A stretch of 64,000 nt of DNA. Source: a virus. Its lineage: Duplodnaviria; Caudoviricetes. Below, piece by piece: positions 10,121 to 20,774 of the stretch. The translations under genes were made by a program, and so were the position numbers. Within the stretch, counting starts at the first letter, position 1. Each line of letters begins with the position of its first letter. A model generated the notes under the pieces. That model was given only the letters and a program-made list of their open reading frames with translations, was not told where the DNA came from and made no database searches. Where the stretch lies: IMG/VR virus record IMGVR_UViG_3300029288_000109, positions 39,321 through 103,320 of that record. One strand, written 5' to 3'.

Positions 10121-10787
10121 TATATTAAGATATAGAAAAGATCCAGATGGATATACAGAATTAAGAAAAGTAATAGTTAATAACTTTAAAAAAAGAATAG
10201 TTGATTGGGGAAATAAATATAAGAAAACACTACAATCAACAAAAAGTGACCTTAATACACAAGACGTAGACGACTTGTTTCAAATTGCTGAAATTGGAAT
10301 AGATAGGTGCATAAAGCGCACAAGAACAAACCCATTTAATGAAAAAGAGTTTTTTGCATTCACATCAAAAACTATAGAAAGAGATATTAGGCGATTTATA
10401 AATAATTATTATAAAATAGATTCATACGGAACTGATTGTGGTTCAATAGGACAAAGTACGTATTCTGAAAATACAACTATGTTATCATCAAGTGGTTACA
10501 AATCTACATTCTTTAACTCTTTATCTATCGTTGATACATTACCAACAACATCATCTTTAGAAGAAACATATTCTCCAGAAGAAATTGTAACAAATAGCAT
10601 GTTTTTTACAAAGAAAACATGCGAAGAAAAAATGCAAAAATTGAAATTAACAAAACGTGAAGTAGAGTTTGTTAAGTATCTACTGAATGGAAAAACAAAG
10701 AAACAGTGTGCAATAGAAATGGGGGTAAGTAATAAATGCATTGATTATTTTGAGCTCAATATTAAAAGAAAAATTGGAAGACAATAG
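10104..10787 (+). CDS. sigma-70 family RNA polymerase sigma factor
   Basis: region 2-like DVDDLFQIAEIGI; C-terminal HTH LTKREVEFV...CAIEMGVS. Confidence 0.75.
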   Translation: MITLYDILRYRKDPDGYTELRKVIVNNFKKRIVDWGNKYKKTLQSTKSDLNTQDVDDLFQIAEIGIDRCIKRTRTNPFNEKEFFAFTSKTIERDIRRFINNYYKIDSYGTDCGSIGQSTYSENTTMLSSSGYKSTFFNSLSIVDTLPTTSSLEETYSPEEIVTNSMFFTKKTCEEKMQKLKLTKREVEFVKYLLNGKTKKQCAIEMGVSNKCIDYFELNIKRKIGRQ

Positions 10788-10831
10788 TAAAAAACAACAT
10801 TATTATGCTACTATTATATTAAGGAGGAACT

Positions 10832-11824
10832 ATGGATGAAACAATAATACTACCATCAGGAGTAAAAGAAATTGGAGGTTTTAACGATTATGTTGGACAG
10901 GAGGAAATAAAAAATAGTTTAAAAATAGCAATCAGTAGTGCACAAAAATTAGGTCAGAACTTGCCAAACATAATGTTGCACGGATCGGCTGGACTTGGTA
11001 AGACGCAGATGGCCGATGTGATAGCAAAAGAAGCTGGACGTAAACTTTGTACCGTGATAGGAGGAACAATAGGTAAAAGCGACGAGATGTTTGGAATAAT
11101 TTACGCCGCTCTTAAAGAAAAAAGAATAACAAACATCATTCCTATAGTATATATTGATGAAATACACAGGCTTCCAAAGAAAGTTGAGGAGTTTTTGTAC
11201 CCCGTTTTACAAGACAATATTGTTCAAATAACTTCAGATGATGGATACCTTACAAAAAGAATAGAATCTGTTCCTCTTGGTGAAATCTCTTTCATAGGGG
11301 CTACAACGCTCCTTGGAGACCTCTCAAGGCCATTAAGGGACAGATTCAGATGTTCATTTCAATTACAACCTTATTCAGTTGTTGAAATGATAAAGATAGT
11401 AAAAATCCACTTTAGCTTGAACAAGTTTGCTTGTACTGCTGAAGCGATAGAATCAATTGCAAGGAGGGCAAGAAGCACTGGTCGTGTAGCGGTTAACCTT
11501 GTAAAAGATTGTATTGATGATGCAGTAGTAAGTAATCAGGATATTGTAACAACAAAGGTTGTAGAATCAACATTTGCTCGTCTTGGGATAGATGAGGATG
11601 GATTAACAAGGGGGGATGTGATAGTCCTAAAAGCACTTAGCAAAACAAGACGACCAGTTGGTATTGACTGTTTATCAGCAGCAACAGGTATTGAAACAAT
11701 AACTATAACAGAAACTATAGAACCATTTCTTCTACAGCAGGAATTAATAAGTAGAACGCCTCGTGGTAGGGTAGTCACGTTCAAGGGCATGGAAAAGGCA
11801 GGCGTAAACCCGTTTGCCGAGTAA
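10832..11824 (+). CDS. ruvB: Holliday junction branch-migration ATPase RuvB
   Basis: FNDYVGQ, GSAGLGKT, YIDEIHRL, EEFLYP, IGATT, LRDRF, IEPFLLQ, RTPRGR. Confidence 0.93.
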   Translation: MDETIILPSGVKEIGGFNDYVGQEEIKNSLKIAISSAQKLGQNLPNIMLHGSAGLGKTQMADVIAKEAGRKLCTVIGGTIGKSDEMFGIIYAALKEKRITNIIPIVYIDEIHRLPKKVEEFLYPVLQDNIVQITSDDGYLTKRIESVPLGEISFIGATTLLGDLSRPLRDRFRCSFQLQPYSVVEMIKIVKIHFSLNKFACTAEAIESIARRARSTGRVAVNLVKDCIDDAVVSNQDIVTTKVVESTFARLGIDEDGLTRGDVIVLKALSKTRRPVGIDCLSAATGIETITITETIEPFLLQQELISRTPRGRVVTFKGMEKAGVNPFAE

Positions 11825-11864
11825 TTCCTCCCAAATAACGTATAATAATAAAGGGGAGCAAATA

Positions 11865-12101
11865 ATGAGTAATATCAATAAGGCAGAAGTAGAGTATCGT
11901 GTTGATGGTGTTCTTAACGTATTTGCAAATGTAATTACAAATCTTATCACCAATCTTGTAAAAGAGAATGTTATTGAGGAAAATATTTCAGAAATAAGCA
12001 GAGTTATGATTCTTGAAGAACTTGTTTATAGCGCTCCTATGAAAGATAAAATTTCAAACATATTGACCTGTGATACAAATGTAAATGTAACGGTGAATTA
12101 A
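11865..12101 (+). CDS. hypothetical protein
   Basis: SD AAGGGGAG before ATG 11865 (MSNINK). Confidence 0.55.
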   Translation: MSNINKAEVEYRVDGVLNVFANVITNLITNLVKENVIEENISEISRVMILEELVYSAPMKDKISNILTCDTNVNVTVN

Positions 12102-12102
12102 C

Positions 12103-12468
12103 ATGGAAACATGGAAATTATGGGAACAATACCAAGATTTAAGTGAAAAAATAAAACAATTAGAAATGGAAAAAGATGGTTTAGAAGACATAATAATGGC
12201 CGCTGTTAAAAGAACGCCACATAAACAAATTCGTATTAATGATGGTAAAAACAGTGGCAATATTATTAAACTAATTTCTACAAAAACAATTAAACAGGAT
12301 AAAGTAAAAACAATAGTATCTCCAGAACAATGGAATACGTTGATTAAAGAAACGCTTGATATTGCAAAATTTAAAATATTTGCTTCAGATAATAGTATTG
12401 ATATTGATAGTGTAAGCGAAGAGAAAGCGCCGTATATAAGAATGGTGCATCAAGGAAGGATGTTTTAA
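12103..12468 (+). CDS. hypothetical coiled-coil protein
   Basis: 121-aa ORF; loosely resembles the C-terminal part of 29602..30774. Confidence 0.6.
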   Translation: METWKLWEQYQDLSEKIKQLEMEKDGLEDIIMAAVKRTPHKQIRINDGKNSGNIIKLISTKTIKQDKVKTIVSPEQWNTLIKETLDIAKFKIFASDNSIDIDSVSEEKAPYIRMVHQGRMF

Positions 12469-12477
12469 CAGCATTAT

Positions 12478-12511
12478 GGGCCAGACGGGATAATTATTTT
12501 CCGTCTGGCCC
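12478..12511. other. strong intergenic stem-loop without U-tract
   Basis: GGGCCAGACGGGA-taattatt-TTCCGTCTGGCCC, 13-bp stem with one G-U. Confidence 0.8.
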
Positions 12512-12515
12512 TGAA

Positions 12516-12866
12516 ATGGGGAGCGAAATGACACCACTTTATGAATATTTTAAAGAACTTTTGACAGAACGACAACTAATGCTTCTTGATTTAATTTATC
12601 GTGGATATGACCTTTATGATATAAAATTAAGAATAAATTCAGATACAGCAGGAACATATGACGCAATCAGTCTTTTCAGAGATATAGGATTTGTTGTTAT
12701 CGAACAACTACCAAATGATCTAACTTATTATATGGAAAGAAATAGAAAAAATATAGCGGTAAAAGTTATTGCGGTAGATGATGAACCAAGCGATGCCTTT
12801 TATATTAAAATTATTATGAAAATAGTGAAAATATTGCAAACACGTTCTCCATTAGTATATTTCTAG
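12516..12866 (+). CDS. hypothetical protein, possible HTH
   Basis: LTERQLMLLDL..GYDL.DI pattern. Confidence 0.55.
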   Translation: MGSEMTPLYEYFKELLTERQLMLLDLIYRGYDLYDIKLRINSDTAGTYDAISLFRDIGFVVIEQLPNDLTYYMERNRKNIAVKVIAVDDEPSDAFYIKIIMKIVKILQTRSPLVYF

Positions 12867-12888
12867 GGGATAAACATAATGTGTAAAC

Positions 12889-13344
12889 ATGGTATTCAGG
12901 AAGAATTTTGCTCAATATGTAAAAAAGAAAAAGAAAACAGGGAAAAAGCAAAAGTTATTAAAATATGTTCCAGTTTTTGCAAAAAAGAAAAGGAGGAATA
13001 TGAAAGTGAACAAAGTAAAATTGACTGATATTATGACGGAAGAAGAATATAACAGTTATATGAATAGCAGCATACTTATTAAAAAAATTAAAACAAAACA
13101 TGGTAGTCTTAAAGGATTTATCGTTGGTCTTCCGCCAGAAGAGGATAATAATAAATTCAGGATAGGTTATTCAGCCCATAATCCAATAGATGCAATGGAT
13201 ACAAAATTTGGTAGGGCTCTCGCTATTAAAAGAGCCACGAATCCTGATTTTATTCTAAAGAATAAAGGCCCACGAGCAATAGAACAACAAATAAATAAAT
13301 TCATGGATAGGTATGAAAGGTGTTTTTTCAAAAATGACAAGTGA
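12889..13344 (+). CDS. hypothetical phage protein (likely start 13000)
   Basis: SD AGGAGG before MKVNKV; IGYS....D......GRALAIKRA motif. Confidence 0.6.
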   Translation: MVFRKNFAQYVKKKKKTGKKQKLLKYVPVFAKKKRRNMKVNKVKLTDIMTEEEYNSYMNSSILIKKIKTKHGSLKGFIVGLPPEEDNNKFRIGYSAHNPIDAMDTKFGRALAIKRATNPDFILKNKGPRAIEQQINKFMDRYERCFFKNDK

Positions 13345-14005
13345 AGAATGGCGTAAAATGCTTATAAAAATGTCTGAACAACCAGTCTCCTGTCGCATTT
13401 GTGGCAGGAGACTGTATATCTTTCACCCAGAAGAAGAAACAACAGAGGTATTAAACAATTATGCTCAGGTACGTAACAATGACAACTTTGATTGGTGTGA
13501 TTTTTGTGAGGATTGTTTTAATGGGATAATGACCGTGGCTAAAGCAGTTATTAATAATGGCGTTAAAGAATTCAAAAAGGAGCAATTAACCAAATGACAC
13601 AAGAAATCATAAAGAAATGCTTAGACAGAATGGGTTTAGAACAATTAGAAAGTCTACATATACAAGAATTTATTGAGCCGCCTGAAATCAGAATAATTGC
13701 TACACAAAAAGGCGCATGGTATCCTTATGGAACATGGTATTTTACACCAGAAGGTAAATTAAAAGACTTTATGAAAGGATAGGTGAAAAACAATGTTTAA
13801 AATAACAATAGGAAAGATTTATCCAACCGATTGTAGTCTTTTTTTATTCAATCCTAATGGTGAAAAAAAGGTAGCCAATATAGGAAGCCCGGTGTGGGAA
13901 ATGCTTGGATTTCATTTTGATATAGGTAATCCAAAAGCTATTGATGGAGCAATCACACAAAAACGATTAGCCACAATATGGAATATGCCAGATAGGGATT
14001 GGTAA
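13313..14005 (+). CDS. three small hypothetical proteins (13313-13597, 13594-13782, 13793-14005)
   Basis: tightly packed ORFs; first has CxxC pairs. Confidence 0.55.
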
Positions 14006-14008
14006 ACT

Positions 14009-14905
14009 ATGAAATATCCACGTACACCACATCTTCCTTTTTCGCCTGGCGTGACAAAAGATGATAGAATCATATCAAACGCAGGCTTAAATTACTTATT
14101 TAATTGCCCAGTTATTATCACAGAGAAAGTAGATGGTTCAAACATATGTCTTTCGGCTAACGGAATACACGCAAGATCAGTAAATGGCGAACCGCGCCAC
14201 AAATCGTTTGACTTATTAAAAGCAATGTGGGCCTCAAAAATCCACAGGTTTAACGCTCTCTGCTGGGACAATACATACATTTATGGTGAATGGTGCTATG
14301 CTAAACATAGTATTAAATACAATAGGCTTCCTGGATATTTGCTTATTTTTGGAGTGCGCCAATCCTATACATGGTGGAAATGGGAACAAGTAGAAGAACT
14401 TGCTAGAGAATTAGACATACCAACTGTGCCTATGATTGGAAGCAACGTGTTTATTAGACCAAACGGTGAGAGATTTACAACTTATTTAACAAGTTCTTAT
14501 CTTGAAGAAATGTTTCGACAAGCAATTATTAATGGTAGTCTTTTAGGTGGAGAACACATCGAAGGCTTTGTTATAAGAAATTACTATGCTTTTGATAATA
14601 GAGATTTTGAAATGAATATTGCTAAATGGGTACGTAAAGACCATGTGCAAACAGATGTTCATTGGACAAACCAGAAAATAATTAAGAATGAATTAGGGGG
14701 AAAAACAATGAAAACAAATGAAACAGACGAATTATTAAAATCACTTACAATGTATCAACGATTTTTAGCATATAAATGGGGTATGGAACACGTGGCAGAA
14801 ACACGAGCTTACTTATTCACTATCGAGCAAATTGAAAAATTGCTTAAAGAAGATGGATGGATGGAGATAGCCCCATTATGGGCCAGAATAATATTAAAAG
14901 GATAA
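14009..14905 (+). CDS. ATP-dependent RNA ligase (Rnl2-like family) with C-terminal extension
   Basis: KYPRTPHLPFSPG, TEKVDGSN, YGEW, EGFVIR, AKWVR. Confidence 0.88.
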   Translation: MKYPRTPHLPFSPGVTKDDRIISNAGLNYLFNCPVIITEKVDGSNICLSANGIHARSVNGEPRHKSFDLLKAMWASKIHRFNALCWDNTYIYGEWCYAKHSIKYNRLPGYLLIFGVRQSYTWWKWEQVEELARELDIPTVPMIGSNVFIRPNGERFTTYLTSSYLEEMFRQAIINGSLLGGEHIEGFVIRNYYAFDNRDFEMNIAKWVRKDHVQTDVHWTNQKIIKNELGGKTMKTNETDELLKSLTMYQRFLAYKWGMEHVAETRAYLFTIEQIEKLLKEDGWMEIAPLWARIILKG

Positions 14906-14909
14906 CATA

Positions 14910-15266
14910 ATGCTTGATTTCGAGAATATAGCCGCGTTTATTGAACACGCACCAGATTATATTCCTTCTATCTTTATTGACGTTGATGATACACTTGTGT
15001 TTGGATATGCCAGTAAGCCTAATCAGAAACTTTGTGATACAATAAAACAACTTAAAATAACATTTGGTGACAAGATATGTATTGTTGTATGGAGTCAGGG
15101 TGGTGCAGGATATGCAAAGGAAGCAGTAGAACATTGTAAAATATCTGAATATGTTGATCATTGTCTTGCCAAGCCACTTTATATAATAGATGATATGGAG
15201 AAACAATTTGGCGGAGGGATAACACAATTTGTGTTGCCACCAGAATTTGGAGGAGAAAACAAATGA
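14910..15266 (+). CDS. HAD-superfamily phosphatase
   Basis: DVDDTL, VWSQGG, AKP, IIDD. Confidence 0.75.
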   Translation: MLDFENIAAFIEHAPDYIPSIFIDVDDTLVFGYASKPNQKLCDTIKQLKITFGDKICIVVWSQGGAGYAKEAVEHCKISEYVDHCLAKPLYIIDDMEKQFGGGITQFVLPPEFGGENK

Positions 15267-16402
15267 CATACGATAGACAAGTAACGCAATGTTCAAAAAG
15301 CAATTACGCTAAAATGGTTACAATTTCAGATGTTGTACCAGCACAGAATTCAGATAATCTAGATTGCATCCAATTCAAAGAGGTTGGGTGGCAAACCATA
15401 GCTAAAAGAGGCGAGTTTAAACCAGGGGCTAAGGTTATGTTCCTGCCGCCCGAATCTGTTCTACCAAAAGAACTTATAGACGAGCTTGGTGTTGAGGGGT
15501 ATTTATCCAAGGGTAAGGTAAAAGCTATTAAACTGCGTGGAAACCGCTCAGAAGGGCTTATAGTGGACCACAGCATCGTTAAACCATACGTTGACTATAT
15601 ACTTCACTGGGAAGAAATTGTGCCTATAGCATCTGAAATGAAGGGACAAACACAGAAAAAGATTGAAACACCTGGTTCATTTCATATATTCTACAAGATA
15701 CAGAATCTTTTGAACGAACCAGATACTTTTGTCACAGGCGAAAAAATATTCCATTCAGAAAAGGTCCATGGAACCAATTGCAGATTTGGCTATCTGTTGA
15801 ATCCACGCAACAAAAAGTATCAACTATATGTAGGATCTCACAACACCGTAAGGAGAGAATTTCCGTTAGACCCGCCATTCGTAGAAAAATTTATAAAAGC
15901 GTTCAGAAGGCTTAAAAAAGACAAAATATTTATTATTAAAAGGATATTAATGGCAGCAAAAAGAGCAACGGTAAAGGTACCAAAAGAAAGCGGCCTTTAT
16001 TGGCGCGTTGTGCGTAATTACGCCCAGGACGAGACCACGTTGCCCAAGGATATTGTTTTCTATGGTGAAATTTATGGGGCTGGCGTTCAAGACCTTACTT
16101 ATGCTCTTGACAACCAGAAACTTATTGTTTTTGCCGCATCCGTCAATGGAGAATACCTTAATGCCAACGAGGTAACAGCATTGTGCGCTATCCACAATCT
16201 TCCATGTGTTAAATTTTACGGGACAATATATAAAGATATTGAACAGATAAGGAGTTTTGCAGAAACAAAATCAGAGATGCCAGGCTTTGAAAAGAGTTTT
16301 AGGGAAGGCGTTGTGGTTGTCTCAGATGCAAAACCAATAAGGATGGCCAAGATGATTAGTCTGGAATATCTTTCCAGAAAGAAAGGAAGCGAGAAACACT
16401 AG
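15263..16402 (+). CDS. RNA ligase, DRB0094 family
   Basis: N-terminal OB-like module (GWQ..KRGEFKPG, IKLRGNRSEGL), SEKVHGTN, YGEIYGAGVQ, REGVVV, KMISLEYL. Confidence 0.88.
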   Translation: MTYDRQVTQCSKSNYAKMVTISDVVPAQNSDNLDCIQFKEVGWQTIAKRGEFKPGAKVMFLPPESVLPKELIDELGVEGYLSKGKVKAIKLRGNRSEGLIVDHSIVKPYVDYILHWEEIVPIASEMKGQTQKKIETPGSFHIFYKIQNLLNEPDTFVTGEKIFHSEKVHGTNCRFGYLLNPRNKKYQLYVGSHNTVRREFPLDPPFVEKFIKAFRRLKKDKIFIIKRILMAAKRATVKVPKESGLYWRVVRNYAQDETTLPKDIVFYGEIYGAGVQDLTYALDNQKLIVFAASVNGEYLNANEVTALCAIHNLPCVKFYGTIYKDIEQIRSFAETKSEMPGFEKSFREGVVVVSDAKPIRMAKMISLEYLSRKKGSEKH

Positions 16403-16403
16403 A

Positions 16404-17348
16404 ATGGCTATTATAAGAACTAATGCGCTTGTTGATTATCCAAAAATCCTATTGTCCCCATCATTAAATTTGTTTGTAGAAATACAAATAGAATATATCG
16501 AAACAGACATAAGACATTATTACAAAGGGGACTACGTAGTAAAATATTTATTATTTGAAAACGAACACTTAATTTATAACACAGATTTATCAATATTAAA
16601 GTCTGAAATGGCAGCTAAAAGATTTGCAAACGCTATATACAAAAAAGTACATTACGAAGGGTATGGAGAATAGAATGCTTAATACAATTATTAAAAAACT
16701 ATATAATATATATAACAATATAGACGAAGGAATAGTAGCAGAAACAGTAAGATTATGCGAAGAAGAAACAAAAAATAAGATTAAAAAACTTAACCAAATA
16801 ATTCAGATGCTTGTTGAATATATTCTTGAGAGTGTCGATTTTCAACCCGATGAATTTTATAATAATTGTATAGATAAAGATGGTAATATCACTACTGATT
16901 CTGTTATAGCATGGTTTGAAGAAAGAGTAAACAGGAGGAATAAAAATGGCTAAATGGGAACTACGACCAAATGATGAAACAATGCTTGAAGAATATAAAA
17001 AAGGTAATGTAAAATTAAGTCATGGCGGAATGAATATGGATTGTGGTAATGGACTTATTCTTTTCTATGAGTTCCCTGAGTGGCTAAACCTGTTTATTGA
17101 AGATATTAGTGAAAAAGCTTATACAAATGGACAAAATAATATAATTGAGAATTGGTAAAATGATAGGATATAAAATAATGTTGTGGCCAAATAAATCCGA
17201 ATTACGTATAACATGCTATCGTAGCAAAAAACATAAATTTTCATATATGATAGATATTGAAGATTTACATGAAGCATTAGAAGATATTGAAGCTTATTTA
17301 ACACAAAAAAAATCAGAGGACCCATGGCATGACACTTCAACAGATTAG
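16404..17348 (+). CDS. four small hypothetical proteins (16404-16673, ~16675-16953, 16946-17158, ~17145-17348)
   Basis: packed ORFs with SD-like leaders. Confidence 0.5.
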
Positions 17349-17667
17349 AGATAGGCTTAAAGAGGCCCAACGCTGCCCAAAATGTAATGGCGGTGGCGTG
17401 ATAATTCATCCAGAATGGGAAACATTTTATAAGAATGAAACATCTTCCAAAATACTTAAACTTATAAATGAATGTACTGACAAACATCAAATACGATTTT
17501 TACAGAAACAACTTGTGGATAAAGAACCTAAAGTACAAGAAAAGATACAATGCCCAGAATGTAGCGGCGCAGGTAAAAAAATAATGATGCACGATGAAAC
17601 AGTAGGGATATTACTTGACTTGGTGGGCTTTATTGATGATATAACACCAAATTATTTAGGAGGATAA
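17329..17667 (+). CDS. protein with split DnaJ-type zinc finger
   Basis: CPKCNGGG and CPECSGAG. Confidence 0.7.
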   Translation: MTLQQIRDRLKEAQRCPKCNGGGVIIHPEWETFYKNETSSKILKLINECTDKHQIRFLQKQLVDKEPKVQEKIQCPECSGAGKKIMMHDETVGILLDLVGFIDDITPNYLGG

Positions 17668-17669
17668 AA

Positions 17670-18632
17670 ATGGATACAAAAAATGTAATGTATCTGCCAA
17701 GTGGCCGTATATTTCTTTTAGATTGTGGTGGTTATACAATTGAATCTACAGAAATGAGAGACGTAAGTGTTGATGGTAAACTTCACGAGGCAGTAAGAGA
17801 AGCCACCGATCCACACATTATATGGAAACATCTTGTGCCATATAAAGATAAATGGCTTTTAACCGTTTCTACACAAAAAGGCTGTACGCATAATTGTAAA
17901 TTTTGTGATGTAGCAGATTTGCCCTTCAAAGGTAATCTCACACAATATGAAATAGAATATCAAATCTGGAATTTACTTAGGTCAACTCCCTATGTTACCG
18001 AATGTGCCAAGGCAAAAATAGGATTTGCAAGAATGGGTGAACCATCGTGGAACCTACACAATGTACTTGGTGCCATGTGTAATCTAGGAAGAATTGCTAA
18101 TGAGGCTTCAGTCAAAAGCTTCAGATGGCTTCCGTGTTTCAATACTATTCTACCAAGAAAAGCAGACTGTATATATGATGTATTAGATATTAAAGAAGGG
18201 GTATTTAATGGTTTTCTACATTTTCAAATAAGTTGCAACTCTACGGATGAAGAAAAACGAAGAGAACTTTTCGGCGGAGCCGACGTTCTTACTCTTGAAG
18301 AAATTATTACAAAGATAAACAAACGCAAAATAACCAACAGAACTGTTACTCTTAACTTTATTGTTATGAAAGATGTAGAAGTTGATGTACAGAAACTTAA
18401 AAAATTGGGTCTCAATGGTAATAAGTTTGCAGTTAAACTAATCCCACTAAATCGCACTATTAAAGCAGAAGAAAACAATCTTGAAACATATGCCAATTAT
18501 TCTAATTATGATGATCTTTTGCGGCTTAAAGATTCTTTTGAAAAAGAAGGAGTCCCAGTTGTAGTAGACGCTATTGCAAGATGCGAGGAGGCTGGACTAT
18601 GTTGCGGACAGTTAGCCCAAATATTTCAATAA
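17670..18632 (+). CDS. RlmN/Cfr-like radical SAM protein
   Basis: VSTQKGCTHNCKFC, ARMGEP, KLIPLN, C-terminal CGQL. Confidence 0.85.
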   Translation: MDTKNVMYLPSGRIFLLDCGGYTIESTEMRDVSVDGKLHEAVREATDPHIIWKHLVPYKDKWLLTVSTQKGCTHNCKFCDVADLPFKGNLTQYEIEYQIWNLLRSTPYVTECAKAKIGFARMGEPSWNLHNVLGAMCNLGRIANEASVKSFRWLPCFNTILPRKADCIYDVLDIKEGVFNGFLHFQISCNSTDEEKRRELFGGADVLTLEEIITKINKRKITNRTVTLNFIVMKDVEVDVQKLKKLGLNGNKFAVKLIPLNRTIKAEENNLETYANYSNYDDLLRLKDSFEKEGVPVVVDAIARCEEAGLCCGQLAQIFQ

Positions 18633-19291
18633 TAACTAATTGGGGATGTCGCGCAAATTGCTGGTACTGTATATGGAAAGAACACGAACTAGAACATGTA
18701 AATGAACCCACTCGTTGGGGCAAATTGGGTAAATTTCTTTATGACAATAAAGAAAAGAAAAAAGTCTCTATATCTGGTGGTGGCGATCCACTTTATAAAT
18801 TTTGGGTAAATTCCTTATGGTGGGACAAACTACTTCATACAACCAGTAAATTAGATATGAAGGTTGATATTCATACAAGGGAAGTGTTTGATTTTGATTC
18901 GTTTTGGAAAAGAATAAATAGATGTGTAATATCAAGCGATAGGCTTACGATAGAACAAAAATTATATTTCAGATATTTGTTATCATTGACAAAATTAAGA
19001 ATTACACATGTTGTTACCGCCAATACCACCTTTGAAATGATTGATGAGTATTTGCTATTCCAAAAAGAATACAATAAAATGGAGGTTGTTGGAACCAAAC
19101 AAGCCTTCTGGTTTGTGCCAAGGTGTCAGTTTACGATTAAGGAATTGTCGGGACACGACGATAATGGAATGTATAAAAAGATTAGAGAAAAATATCCAGA
19201 TATATACTACCTTGATGATGGTGATTATAATATCTATTATATGCCAGATAATTCAATAAGAACAGAGTTTATAGGAGGAAAACCACAATGA
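18581..19291 (+). CDS. radical SAM protein
   Basis: CRANCWYC and SGGGDPL. Confidence 0.8.
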   Translation: MRGGWTMLRTVSPNISIITNWGCRANCWYCIWKEHELEHVNEPTRWGKLGKFLYDNKEKKKVSISGGGDPLYKFWVNSLWWDKLLHTTSKLDMKVDIHTREVFDFDSFWKRINRCVISSDRLTIEQKLYFRYLLSLTKLRITHVVTANTTFEMIDEYLLFQKEYNKMEVVGTKQAFWFVPRCQFTIKELSGHDDNGMYKKIREKYPDIYYLDDGDYNIYYMPDNSIRTEFIGGKPQ

Positions 19292-20451
19292 ATATAACAA
19301 GAAACCAACCAGTTACAATTAAAGTTGATTCACATAATACTAAATTGTGCTTACCATCTTGTGAATTTTTTGCTTTTGAATCATCATGGATGGCAAACGA
19401 CTGCCTATATTGTAATAAATATCGTCAAAGACTAGAAAGGATGCGTTATAACCCAGAACACAAAACGCAATATAATTACGACAAAGGTGAAAGATGCAGA
19501 GCTTGTTTAGCTGATTTCGGGGAGGATAAATGACCAATAAGGAATTAGTAGATAAAATACTTGTAGCACTAAATAAAAGACAAGGTGAATACGACCTAGA
19601 ATCAAGAAGAAAAGAGTTTAGTAAAGAATTTTGCATGTTTAAACATTATGGTTTTGCTATGGGTGAAGCCAAAGTTATTGTTTTGAAATGTTTTAAAGGA
19701 GAGGAATAATGTCAACAATAAAAAAATGTTGTGATAAAATGGATAAATATATAGAAGATAAAGATGGATTTTTTAGTATTGAGCTAAGCCTTGGTCAAAC
19801 AGGTGTCTTACTAAGCTTTAACCATGATTATTATCGTCAAATTTCTTTTTGCCCATTTTGTGGGACAAAAATAGAAATTATAAAGGATGACACATAATGG
19901 ACTTACAAAAAATACGCGATTATTCAATAAAGAAATTCGATGAAGAAATAGCCGAACTCCAAAAATATATGGACGAAGATAAAGATATTGCGCTCTTTGT
20001 AGAAAAGCTCTTCTATGGTTTTGGCAAAAATGATATTTCAGAAGAATACAACAATGATATTGATTGTCGGATATCTGAAGTATTAAACAGATTTATATGG
20101 TCAATATGGAATACAAGCCCATTACACGATTTAGGGAATAAGTACCACTTTAATGGCGGATGGGTATATAACCTAAATAACTTTATTGGTAACGTTTTTT
20201 GGGACGATGCTGGATTCAGTATTAGCCGCGATAATAAACGTTATACTAAAGAATGGGTTGTGGCCCCAAACACTGATGACATGTTTTTACAAGAACCTAC
20301 GATATTAATTGCGGCGGCAGAAGACATCGCAAAATACTGGATTGAATGCGAAGCTGCACCAGATGGCAAACAAAAACGTGAAATACTTGAAAGAGGAATG
20401 ATTTCAAGCGGCAGAGTAGAAGCACTACTAAAGGAGCATTATAGAGAATAA
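19288..20451 (+). CDS. hypothetical proteins (19288-19533, 19709-19897, 19897-20451)
   Basis: packed ORFs; second has CC...CPFC zinc motif. Confidence 0.55.
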
Positions 20452-20774
20452 TGAATGAACTATTCATATCAGTAGATATAGAAACAGACGGTCCAATCCC
20501 TGGTGAATACAGTATGTTATCATTCGGGGCCTGTCTTGTTGATAATCCATCAGAGAAAATATATATTGAATTTAAGCCCATATCAGACAACCATGTTCAA
20601 GAAGCGTTGACCTGTAATGGGCTCAATATCGCAATGCTTGAAAAACACGGCTTAACGCCCCATGAGGGTATGAATACCATTGATCGGTGGTTAAAAGCCG
20701 TTAGCGGGGCAAATAGACCTGTTGTTGTTGTGCCATTCATATCGTCTAATGCTTCATGCATCATTTTGAAATAA
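20451..20774 (+). pseudogene. truncated DEDD 3'-5' exonuclease
   Basis: ExoI motif [19 protein letters not shown]; sequence diverges at RPVVVV before ExoII/III. Confidence 0.65.
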
